A stretch of DNA of 52,855 nt from IMG/VR virus record IMGVR_UViG_3300044995_000307, positions 1 to 52,855 of that record; one strand, given 5' to 3'. Source of the stretch: a virus (taxonomy: Duplodnaviria > Caudoviricetes). Both the position numbers and the translations under genes were made by a program. Numbering within the stretch: the first letter of the stretch is position 1; the number at the start of each line of letters is the position of its first letter. This document shows positions 9,909-19,090 of this stretch, in pieces. A model generated the notes under the pieces. That model was not told the origin of the DNA. It saw only the letters and a program-made list of their open reading frames with translations, and did not search any database.

Positions 9909-10213
9909 TTAAAACACTGACATAAATTTTTCTTTAAATTTTTCTATTAAGTTATCTACATGACATTTTTGATTACTTTTACAAAAGCAAGCAAGCCTTT
10001 TACCAGACAACTCTATCAATTTGTTCAACAAATATTCATTAGTTTCTAACCGTTCTTTATGTTTTTTAAAGATTCTTCTTTATTATTGGTTTTGTAAGAA
10101 GCTATTTTTGAATCTTTGTGACTAAATGGATTACCCCAAATACTTGGTCTTCCACAATATACATCATACTCTTCAGAAATATGTACTCTTATTGGTAACT
10201 TTATGTTATCCAT
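9909..10213 (-). pseudogene. DUF4326-like protein interrupted by a -1 frameshift; missing from ORF track
   Basis: Frame 0: MDNIKLPIRVHISEEYDVYCGRPSIWGNPF...EESLK; -1 frame: KHKERL...LSGKRLACFCKSNQKCHVDNL...F*. Shift at TCT TTA AAA AAC (10061-10072). Confidence 0.75.
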
Positions 10214-10279
10214 GATTTAGTACTTTTTTACAAGTAGTATTATTCATCCATATAAGCTAATTTAGTATATTAGCTAGAT

Positions 10280-11140
10280 TTAGCAAACTTGTTTAAATCT
10301 ATATCCTTTAAATTTTAATTGCCCCCCAAAGATAGTATTATTTTGCTTATCTATTTTAGCATCATCTATTGTAATGTATTTCTTATAGTTTTCAATTATC
10401 ATATAAGGATGATTTTTTTCACTTAATAAAAATCCATTGACAGCAGCAAATCTATTCATAGATGATCTATCTTCATTTGTTAAATTAAGCACATATACTG
10501 TGTCAGTATCTGCATAAATAACTTTATTTTCTAAGATTTTGTGTAGATTAGTCATTATTTCGCTACTTATCTTGCAAATTTCATTTGGAATGTTTTTTTC
10601 AGCAGACAATAAATTGTGATTTTTTGAAAACATCCCATAAGTCATGTTAATGAAAGTTTTTAACAATTTAAATAATTGAGAATCTTTCTCTATTTCTGAT
10701 AATATTTTTAATGAAGCATTCATTACTTCAATTAGGTTTGAATGACTAAATTTAACATTTTTAAAATTGTTTACTAAAATATTTGGAAAAAATAATTGAA
10801 ATGATATTTCAGCAACATCTTTCAAAAGTATTCCCTTTTTAGTAACATTAAACCAAAGATATGGTCTAAATTCATTTTTTTGAACAACAGAATAATGTTC
10901 TACAATAGGTTGTTTAAATCCTAATTCTAAATGTATCAAAGTATAAACATAAAACCACATTTCTGGATACATTTTGTACGGATTTTGGCTTAAAAATTTA
11001 TCTGACCATTCTTTATCATTTGTCTTATTAAAAATATAAGACATCATCTGAATAATATCAAAATTGTTTTTTAGCTCTTTTTGGTCATTATACTGTGACC
11101 AATCTAAATAAGCTTTTTCTAAAATGTTTGTTGTTTCCAT
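10280..11140 (-). CDS. Miniature family B DNA polymerase-like palm/fingers protein
   Basis: Motif B-like LKTFINMTYG, motif C VIYADTDTVYV, downstream KKY; motif A-like ISFQLFFPNIL lacks the catalytic Asp; only 286 aa. Confidence 0.75.
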   Translation of the reverse strand: METTNILEKAYLDWSQYNDQKELKNNFDIIQMMSYIFNKTNDKEWSDKFLSQNPYKMYPEMWFYVYTLIHLELGFKQPIVEHYSVVQKNEFRPYLWFNVTKKGILLKDVAEISFQLFFPNILVNNFKNVKFSHSNLIEVMNASLKILSEIEKDSQLFKLLKTFINMTYGMFSKNHNLLSAEKNIPNEICKISSEIMTNLHKILENKVIYADTDTVYVLNLTNEDRSSMNRFAAVNGFLLSEKNHPYMIIENYKKYITIDDAKIDKQNNTIFGGQLKFKGYRFKQVC

Positions 11141-11262
11141 GTTTAATAGTTTTTGAAGTTATCTCAAATAATTTTTAATTAATTCTATTAAAATTAGCTG
11201 TAATAATAGCTTTAGTTTCATACATGTATACTATAATATACATTTTTAATTTTGATAACATA

Positions 11263-12677
11263 TCATACATTATTTTTATTCCAGACATACTTTAATAATC
11301 CAGAACCATATATTTTATAAATATTCTTTTTTATTAATACCTCTTGTAAATTATCATTACTATTTTTTAATACCTTATGTTTTTGTAACTTATATCTTGA
11401 TATTTTTTTAAATCCATCAGTATACCAAAATCTATCATTAGTAACTTTTTCAAGACGCATTCCTAATTTTTCATAAACTTTTCCAGTAAAGTAATCTCTA
11501 TCAGAATAAGTAATTACAAAATCTGGCTTATTATCTTCTAAAAAATAATTCCATAATTTTTCAGCACCCCCAATAACGATAGTATTAATTTTAGTACACA
11601 ATCTTTGAATTTCCCAATGATCTTTTTTCTTTATAAAGCTCATTAATTGTACTAATTCTCCATTATAATATAGACCATAACACACAGTACTAGAATTGTA
11701 ACCTTGTAAATGATTACCTTCTAAAAATAATCTTTCTTCTTTTAAATTAACTTTTTTCAAAACACATTTTCTTGCATATATCTTTTCTTTAATAATACCT
11801 ATAGATGTTAGCAATATTGATTTAGAAATCTCTTTTTTATATTTCCAATCATCTTCCCATAAATTTATTACTCTGTAACCAAGCTTTTGAAATAATTCAT
11901 ATCTGTTGAAATGATGATTTTTATCTTTAAATTTAGAAGAATGCCAAATTAATCCATTACATTCTATTATAAGATTTTTTGATTCTATTAATATATCAAC
12001 ATTTGTTTTGTTATTAAATTTAGTACTATTTTCTTCTATATGAACAAATTCTTTTATAAATCTTTTAACTTCTTCTTTAAAAAAGACTTATGATCATCAA
12101 TTGGATTACATTTTGTGCATATTTCGCTCTTTGTGTAAAATCTGGTTTTTAGAGTTTCTCTTAATATTTTGAATTCTGTATTACACTCTTTATGATATAA
12201 TGTACATTCTATATTATCATGCTTTAATAAAACGTAATTATTACCTATTTTATTAGTCCACTTTAATATGTGGTTATTTTTCATTTTTTCTTTAAAAGAA
12301 TTTGTTTGAGAATTATGGCTTACATTATATTTTTCGTTTAATGTTTTTTTAAGTTTATTTTTAACAATTTCTGATTTCATAACATTATCACAGCCATACT
12401 TTTTAGTAATTGTGATTTTTTGTTTTTCTTTGAATTCTTTTATCTTTTGTGGATTATCTGTACCGTACTTACGTAACATTCTTTTACTCAATAGCACTGA
12501 ATCATTACCATTATTATTTTTTTGTGTAATTATTGATTGTTTAGCAGAACAACTAGCACTACAAAAAACATATTTAGCTTTTTTTGAATTCCATTTTTTA
12601 GGTTTTCCACATATACATTTAGGAATTTCACTTCCATTTTCTAAATGCCATTTTTCTTTAGCTTTCATAATTAACAT
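11263..12677 (-). pseudogene. Hef-like homing endonuclease-type gene split by a -1 frameshift (track ORFs 12054..12677 + 11263..11814)
   Basis: The -1 frame is open from about 12078 through VDILIESKNLIIECNGLIWH...WEDDW...KIYARKC into the downstream ORF; collinear with intact paralogues at 20658 and 25213. Confidence 0.8.
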
Positions 12678-12685
12678 TTAAAATA

Positions 12686-12714
12686 TTTTGGCTGGTTAAA
12701 TTAACCAGCCAAAA
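12686..12714. terminator. Terminator-like hairpin after the tail sheath gene
   Basis: ttttggctggttaa-a-ttaaccagccaaaa. Confidence 0.8.
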
Positions 12715-12770
12715 ACTAAAACAAACTACTAAAAACAACAATTAAAACAACTACTAAAACAGCAAAATTA

Positions 12771-15700
12771 TTATATTGCAATAAAATTACCAACAACTGG
12801 GTTATTACCTCTAGTGAGGGTAACTCTATTAATAAACTTCTTAGCAACTTCTGTTAATGTTAATTCAACATCAATAACAGCTGCACCATTTTGAGTAACC
12901 CAAAATGGATTGTTACTTCTGTCGAAAATTATTTTAAAATCTTCAATAGCTCCAAAACCATCTCTAATATTTGCATAATATTGTGTTAATGCAGCTTCAA
13001 CAGTAGTTCTTAAGATATCATTGTTAAATTCAAAAGGGAAATTGTCTAAAATTTGTTCAGTATCAATTTCCATAGTAATCAATGTATCTCTAGCATGAAT
13101 GTTGTTTAAAATACTATTGAATTTTTGATAACTAGTTTCATTACCACCAATAATTACTCTTCCATCAGCTTTTTTATAAATTGGATTTATACCTTTTTCT
13201 TCTAAAGCACCTCTTTGTTCTTTAGTTAAAGGATAAGTAACTCCGCTAACAGCATATTTAGCAGTACCAGTAATAACACCAGAATTAGTACCCGCAACTG
13301 CTTTAAAAGGATTGGAACGATACTTTCTAATAAAATTATTAGAAACAAATGGTGCTGCCACTGGCTCTATAATATCTCCGTTATCTAATCTTACTTCTAG
13401 ATTAGGGAAGAAGAAACCAACAAATGATGCACCTTGTTCTTCTTCTGGAAGGGTATATAGGAAAGTAGGATTCTCTGCAATATTACCACCATCATTAATA
13501 TACTCAATATTAAGTACTGGTAATGGATCAGAAGGACTAGGAGTATCAGTAAATCTAGGATCTTGGCTATCTCTAAATTCTTGTACTGTAGGAGTATTTA
13601 AAATACCAAGACATTTTTGTCTCTTTTTAATAAATTTAGATAATATACTTTTAGAATTTGGTTCTAACCCATGATTAAATGTATCAACAAAATATCTAAA
13701 GCTAATCATTTCTGGATCAGCCATAGCTTCAGCTAAGTTAGTTTCTGTTAAAACAGAATAAATTTCTTTCATTCTAGCATTAGTTCCATCTGGCATGTGA
13801 GATGGTTTAACAGTATACCCTTCTAATGTAGTAATATCAAAAGTATTAAACATTTGAGCTAAAGGAATAAACCTTTCAACTTGAGTATTAGAGTTTACAT
13901 CAACAAATAGTTTTATGGTATTATCACATTCTACATCTAAATGAGTTGGAACTGGAGACCCATGTCTTTTAATAGACAAAATTCTTGCCATTATAGGATC
14001 TCCATTTACATCTTCTCCACTAAGATAATGACCAACTTTTATATCATTTACAAAAGATATTGGTATTCTAACAGTTTTTGAATTAACAACTGTTGCTGGT
14101 AACCTTTTATTAATAGAACCTACTAAAGAAATAATATTAAATAAAGTCGGAGTAGTAACTGGATAACCCATAGAATCTAATGTAGATCCAAAAGTAGGTG
14201 CATTACCAGGAGTAATAGGTATAGTTAAATTAGAATCAGTAAAGAATGATATTTTTAATAATTCTCTAAAATCATTTGGTGGGAAAATATTACCTTGTGA
14301 ATTTACTAATTCAAATTTAACATAATAAGTATTTCCAGTTACTTCTACTTTATCGCCATTAGTTAGCTCACCACTCTTCCAGTCTAAATAAACTTGAGAT
14401 TTTTTATCAGCATAATAAAATGTTGATGATCCGTCAATATCAAATCTGTTAATTTCTGAATCATAATGAAAATCACCAGTAGTACCAGTTACTCCACCAG
14501 AAAAAGAACCTGCTGTAGCTGCTACAGTACCAGTTACAGTTACGCTAAGGGTATAACTATTTGCTGTAGCTCCACTGCCAGAAGGTGCTGTAATAGTAAA
14601 GTTAGCTAAGTTACTAGTACCAGTATAACCATGATTACCAGTATTTGCCATAACATCAGCTATTAATCCAGTAGCTACGTCAGTTGGAGTATCTAAGTTT
14701 TGAACAGTGTATGAACCTAAAAGAATAGGAGTTGGCGTATTTGAATATAACTGAATAGTGTTTCCATTAGAACCTGCATTTGTAATAGTACCAGAAGCCG
14801 TTGCTAAAATTTCTGTTACAGGAGGAGACACCCAAAGATCTACAAAAGAACCACTATTGCTATTTTCTAATGATTTGAATTGATTGGTTACAGTAAATGT
14901 AACTGCACTAACTGTTTTTAAAACAGAAGTTACTTGTAAGGCTGGTTCAGTTATTGTAATACCTGCTGCAAGACCAGCAGGAGTAGTAACACCTCTAAAT
15001 AAATCTCCAATCTCTAATTCAGTATGTAATGTATTAAAATTAGGATTAGAGTTAGTTACTTGTACTGTGATACTCTTAACATTAGAAGTTACAGTTACAC
15101 CAGTGGTAGCATGCAGCACAAATGGCGTAAATGAAGATTTTTTAGTATAAGTAAAATCTTGTGTAAGCTTTCTTTTATATGATAAAAAGTTGGCATTGCT
15201 AACATTATTAGTAAGCAATCTGTGTCCAACCATATCAAGATATTTTACATTAGAATTAGTTTCATATGCATCTAATTCTCTCTTATCAATAGCACAAAGA
15301 ACGCCAGTTACTAAAGTTTCTCTATTAATTAAACTTTCTATATCTAATGATTGACCATTCTTGTCTCTAAATTCTGGAATAATACAACCAGTGTATAATC
15401 TAACAAGATTAACATTAGGATTATTAACAAATTCTTCTAACTTAGAAGCTATTAAACCATTATTATCAAAATATTGACCAAAAATAGGATCTGTAGACAA
15501 CTGTGCATATTTTGCTGGACTAAAATCACCATTTATAACATAAACATCAACAAAATAATCCGATATTAAATCTGTAGGTTTAATATATTTTGGTATTAAA
15601 TCCTCATTAACATACCAATCTCTTGCAGTTACAGCAAATTGTCTAGCAAATGATGATTTTTTTATGATAAAGGATAATTTGTTCTTAGAAACATTAGCTA

Positions 15701-16220
15701 AATTTAGTATACTTTTTTGATCTTGAATGTCTCTTGTTGCTAATAAGTAATTTTTATCAGCAAACCAAAATCTCTCTTTATTAAAATAAGATGCTAATAA
15801 TTTTTTCTTTACGTTACCATTTAAAGTGGCTACGTCTGTAGAAAATGATCTATATTCAGCTGTATCAGCATTTATAGTAGGATTACCATTACCGTCTAAT
15901 TCATTATTGACTTTTAATAAATTTAAAGCTATTACTGGACCTTCTTCTAAAGCTACATCTAAAGCTAAATGAAACCAAGAACCTTTTCTTTCAAGAGTGA
16001 TATCTCTTGGTCCGAAAAGTCTTTCTGCAGTTTCTCTATCTCCTTTATTGATGAAAACAGGAGCATTAAATATTCCTGTTTTAGAGTAACCAACAACTAA
16101 TCTGATAGGTTCAGTTGATTGTACATTGGGTGACTTACTAGCATCTCTGTATATTGTATATACACCAGATGCACGAAAAGTAGTAAGTAATGAATTAAGT
16201 GTAATTAAACCTTCTGCCAT
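12771..16220 (-). CDS. Tail sheath protein (T4 gp18-like), enlarged
   Basis: N-terminal SGVYT..D, G.FNAPV..LFG; C-terminal AVAG..SGVI, LEEKGINPI, GNET, LNNIHARD, FEFNN, DRSNN, KFI. Confidence 0.9.
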   Translation of the reverse strand: MAEGLITLNSLLTTFRASGVYTIYRDASKSPNVQSTEPIRLVVGYSKTGIFNAPVFINKGDRETAERLFGPRDITLERKGSWFHLALDVALEEGPVIALNLLKVNNELDGNGNPTINADTAEYRSFSTDVATLNGNVKKKLLASYFNKERFWFADKNYLLATRDIQDQKSILNLANVSKNKLSFIIKKSSFARQFAVTARDWYVNEDLIPKYIKPTDLISDYFVDVYVINGDFSPAKYAQLSTDPIFGQYFDNNGLIASKLEEFVNNPNVNLVRLYTGCIIPEFRDKNGQSLDIESLINRETLVTGVLCAIDKRELDAYETNSNVKYLDMVGHRLLTNNVSNANFLSYKRKLTQDFTYTKKSSFTPFVLHATTGVTVTSNVKSITVQVTNSNPNFNTLHTELEIGDLFRGVTTPAGLAAGITITEPALQVTSVLKTVSAVTFTVTNQFKSLENSNSGSFVDLWVSPPVTEILATASGTITNAGSNGNTIQLYSNTPTPILLGSYTVQNLDTPTDVATGLIADVMANTGNHGYTGTSNLANFTITAPSGSGATANSYTLSVTVTGTVAATAGSFSGGVTGTTGDFHYDSEINRFDIDGSSTFYYADKKSQVYLDWKSGELTNGDKVEVTGNTYYVKFELVNSQGNIFPPNDFRELLKISFFTDSNLTIPITPGNAPTFGSTLDSMGYPVTTPTLFNIISLVGSINKRLPATVVNSKTVRIPISFVNDIKVGHYLSGEDVNGDPIMARILSIKRHGSPVPTHLDVECDNTIKLFVDVNSNTQVERFIPLAQMFNTFDITTLEGYTVKPSHMPDGTNARMKEIYSVLTETNLAEAMADPEMISFRYFVDTFNHGLEPNSKSILSKFIKKRQKCLGILNTPTVQEFRDSQDPRFTDTPSPSDPLPVLNIEYINDGGNIAENPTFLYTLPEEEQGASFVGFFFPNLEVRLDNGDIIEPVAAPFVSNNFIRKYRSNPFKAVAGTNSGVITGTAKYAVSGVTYPLTKEQRGALEEKGINPIYKKADGRVIIGGNETSYQKFNSILNNIHARDTLITMEIDTEQILDNFPFEFNNDILRTTVEAALTQYYANIRDGFGAIEDFKIIFDRSNNPFWVTQNGAAVIDVELTLTEVAKKFINRVTLTRGNNPVVGNFIAI

Positions 16221-16295
16221 TTTTGATTGTTTTTATTTTTCTATTTATTGATAAAAGTAAAAATTATTTATCAATTGGCAGTTTAATAGATATAA

Positions 16296-16826
16296 TTACA
16301 TCTTTTTACAAAACATTTTGTATTCAAACAGTCTGCTTCTTTTTAAAGAAAGGCTTTCTTTATAAGTAGAATCGCTCGTTCTATATTTACAATATTTGAG
16401 GAAATCATTTTCATTAACGTTGTTATCGATTATTTTCTTTTTTAGGGAACTCTTATTATAAGTTTCAATACCTAAAGAAAATATAAAATGTGCTATAGAT
16501 AACTGCTGATTATAGTCTAAAGATTTGTGTAATTTATTAACATAATCTAATGCTAGCTGAAAATCTTTCCTCAATAATGAATCTGCTACAACTTCTGATA
16601 TTGTATCATAATGTTCATAATTATTAATTCTATGACCATACCCTATCGTTAATTTTCCAGAAGGACATAAATAAGGTTTATTAACAAAACCTTCTGTATT
16701 TTTAATATCATTTATAACTTCTTCAAATAGTATTTTTTCTTTGTCAAAATAGTGAATATTAATTTTTTTGAAATATTGATTTAAAGAAAATGGTAACAAA
16801 TTTATTAACAATAATATAATTCTCAT
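16296..16826 (-). CDS. GH24 phage lysozyme (endolysin-like)
   Basis: IKNTEGFVNKPYLCPSGKLTIGYGH (E-x8-C-x5-T), F.LG, L.R.R..E; hydrophobic N-terminus. Confidence 0.85.
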   Translation of the reverse strand: MRIILLLINLLPFSLNQYFKKINIHYFDKEKILFEEVINDIKNTEGFVNKPYLCPSGKLTIGYGHRINNYEHYDTISEVVADSLLRKDFQLALDYVNKLHKSLDYNQQLSIAHFIFSLGIETYNKSSLKKKIIDNNVNENDFLKYCKYRTSDSTYKESLSLKRSRLFEYKMFCKKM

Positions 16827-16987
16827 AAAGTAATTTTTTGTATAAAAATGATTCTTTTATTAAAAAGTTTCAAATTTTATACATTTATGTTTTTTATGAA
16901 TGGTAAATTATATTAAATGTATATAATTTAAAGGATATTGTCTATATAAAATTTTGTTAAAAAATTTGCACATGTCATAATTGTGAC

Positions 16988-18853
16988 CTAAGGAACTAAA
17001 AATGATTCTGGCTCTAACATCTTGTTTTGCTCTGTTATAGACATATAATTATAATCAATATGATACTCAATATAATAATTTTTGTATTCAGAATCTCTAC
17101 CTTTCATATTTTTTAAATAATATTTTTTATTAAGCTTCATTTGAGGAGTTTGAATTATCCCGATTACTGAATCTAATCTATGAATAATACCACTAGATTC
17201 TCCAAGATGTCTTAACGTTAAATCATCTGCTCCATAACCATCAATTTTTATTTGATGAGCAGTAAGAGTTGCCCATTTATGTTCTATCCCAGCAGCATAC
17301 AAATCATTAACATTTACTTTATGATGTTGGTAGCTATTTTCAAATGCTAAAAATCCATGATTATTAGCCATTTCAGTTAAATAATCTATTACAAGTACAT
17401 GTATTTTTTTACCTAAATATTGCTCTAAATTCAAAACCCAATTAGTTACACTTTCTGGTGTTGCTACAGAAAACCTTTTAGTCCATAATTCTCCTATAGG
17501 TGAAAAACCATCAACAAAATCCATTGTTGATGAAGAATACTTTTCTATGTGTCTTTTTATAATTTCTGACATTCTAACAGTATCATTAGACAAATTGACA
17601 TATTCATTAATTGGTATATTAAAAGCATTTGCACCTATTCTTTTATATAGCTTTTCAACTGACATTTCAACACTGGCTAAAGCAACATTACATCCATTCA
17701 TCCATAAATTTTTAGCAAATTGACCTAGCCATATAGAATTGTGACTTAATATATCATTTGTATAATAACTATGATCTTCTGAATCAATTTGTAAATCAAA
17801 CATGTTTTCAAATATATCTGTTTGATAAATTGTAATAGTCTCTATTCCATCTTTTGTAATAATTTCATTTCCACTAATTAAATCGCTAACTGGTTTTAAA
17901 CCATTTGGAGTGAATATTAAATGTTCATCAGCACATTTTAATACTTTTCCTAAAGAAGTGTTTAGTATGTAAACGTTATATTCTATTGTTTTACCGATTG
18001 CTTTAATTTTAACCCACCGATCATTACTGGTTAATACTTCATAGTTCTCTGGTTCTATTGTTTGCAAAAATTTTCCCTTAACATTTTCTTTTACTAAAGA
18101 ATAAGTAGTTAAATAATTAAAAAATTTACCAATGTAAATCTTTTCAATTTTTTTACTTAATGTATGTCTTATTGTGATATGAGTGTCATAACACACACAT
18201 TTACCAATATTACTTTCTCCAACTAATAAAGTGAACTCTCCAGGAGTTAATCCACCATTGGGATTGCCACTGACCCATGTATTAAATAATGGAAATCCTG
18301 TATTGTATAATTCAGAAGGTGGTATTTGTCTATGAGCATCTGGGTCTAATATGCTTTTACCTAAGTCAGTATCAATTGATATAGAACTTCTTCTATTAAA
18401 AATTTCTCTAGATTTTTTTATTATATCGAAAACATTATCTGGAGTAATTTCTTGTTTTCTTTCCCATTCTAATGCTAATTTATGACCTTTTTGATGATTT
18501 TGCCAAGCAATCCAAGCAGGTATTGCTTTTTTCATATAATCTTCAGAAAACTGACTTAGATCAGTTTCTAATATTTGCTTAGCATTTATTAAAAATAACC
18601 TAATATTTTCTTCTTTTGATAATTCTTTATCAATAATAATATTAGATTGATCGTCTTCTATTATTATTTTTATTTGATCTAAAGATGGGTTTTTTAAATT
18701 AAAAGGAATTTCATTAAATTCATTATAAAATTTTTTTGTAACCTTATACAATGCATTTACAAATTTATTCTTAAAAAAATCTTCATCTACTACAGCAAAT
18801 AATTTGTTTTTACAGACATATAGGTAAGATACATTCTCAAAAGTTAAATTCAT
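16988..18853 (-). CDS. dnaB: Replicative DNA helicase (DnaB/T4 gp41-like) containing an intein
   Basis: Walker A GESNIGK[intein]S, SVEMS, LVIDY, TAHQ, GESSGI...D, KGR. Confidence 0.88.
   Translation of the reverse strand: MNLTFENVSYLYVCKNKLFAVVDEDFFKNKFVNALYKVTKKFYNEFNEIPFNLKNPSLDQIKIIIEDDQSNIIIDKELSKEENIRLFLINAKQILETDLSQFSEDYMKKAIPAWIAWQNHQKGHKLALEWERKQEITPDNVFDIIKKSREIFNRRSSISIDTDLGKSILDPDAHRQIPPSELYNTGFPLFNTWVSGNPNGGLTPGEFTLLVGESNIGKCVCYDTHITIRHTLSKKIEKIYIGKFFNYLTTYSLVKENVKGKFLQTIEPENYEVLTSNDRWVKIKAIGKTIEYNVYILNTSLGKVLKCADEHLIFTPNGLKPVSDLISGNEIITKDGIETITIYQTDIFENMFDLQIDSEDHSYYTNDILSHNSIWLGQFAKNLWMNGCNVALASVEMSVEKLYKRIGANAFNIPINEYVNLSNDTVRMSEIIKRHIEKYSSSTMDFVDGFSPIGELWTKRFSVATPESVTNWVLNLEQYLGKKIHVLVIDYLTEMANNHGFLAFENSYQHHKVNVNDLYAAGIEHKWATLTAHQIKIDGYGADDLTLRHLGESSGIIHRLDSVIGIIQTPQMKLNKKYYLKNMKGRDSEYKNYYIEYHIDYNYMSITEQNKMLEPESFLVP
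17738..18199 (-). mobile_element. Mini-intein (154 aa, no endonuclease) in the helicase P-loop
   Basis: Begins CVCYDTHI after GK, block B LKCADEHL, ends HSYYTNDILSHN followed by Ser. Confidence 0.92.
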
Positions 18854-18856
18854 AAA

Positions 18857-19090
18857 TTAAGAAATTTTTTCTATGAATGATTCTTCATTATTAATGGTTA
18901 TTAAACCCTCTGTACTAGCAGAATTTATAATAGCAGTAATTCTTTCTTTTGATGTATTACAAAAATGTTCTTGTAATTCTTTAAAAGTAAATTTCTTTTT
19001 CTTTTTTTCTTTAAATAAAAACATTAAATCATTGTGATCTAATGAATCACCAAGCAATTTATAATCGCCATTAAGATATTTTATCTTCAT
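18857..19090 (-). CDS. Small winged-helix-like protein
   Basis: FTFKELQEHF..SKERITAIINSASTEGLI pattern. Confidence 0.5.
   Translation of the reverse strand: MKIKYLNGDYKLLGDSLDHNDLMFLFKEKKKKKFTFKELQEHFCNTSKERITAIINSASTEGLITINNEESFIEKIS

Noticed and set aside
10280-11140. Mini-PolB as the missing N-terminal half of the split polymerase
   Set aside because: It has no exonuclease motifs or intact motif A, and it repeats motifs B and C.
13312-15150. Plus-strand ORFs 13312..13674 and 14884..15150
   Set aside because: Antisense shadows of the tail sheath gene. The same applies to most short opposite-strand ORFs in the track (e.g. 6126, 7381, 19157, 27334, 34050, 40360, 46453).
16827-16987. Replication origin or ncRNA in the AT-rich gap with a weak inverted repeat
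   Set aside because: No iterons or stable structure; AT-only palindromes are expected at this composition.
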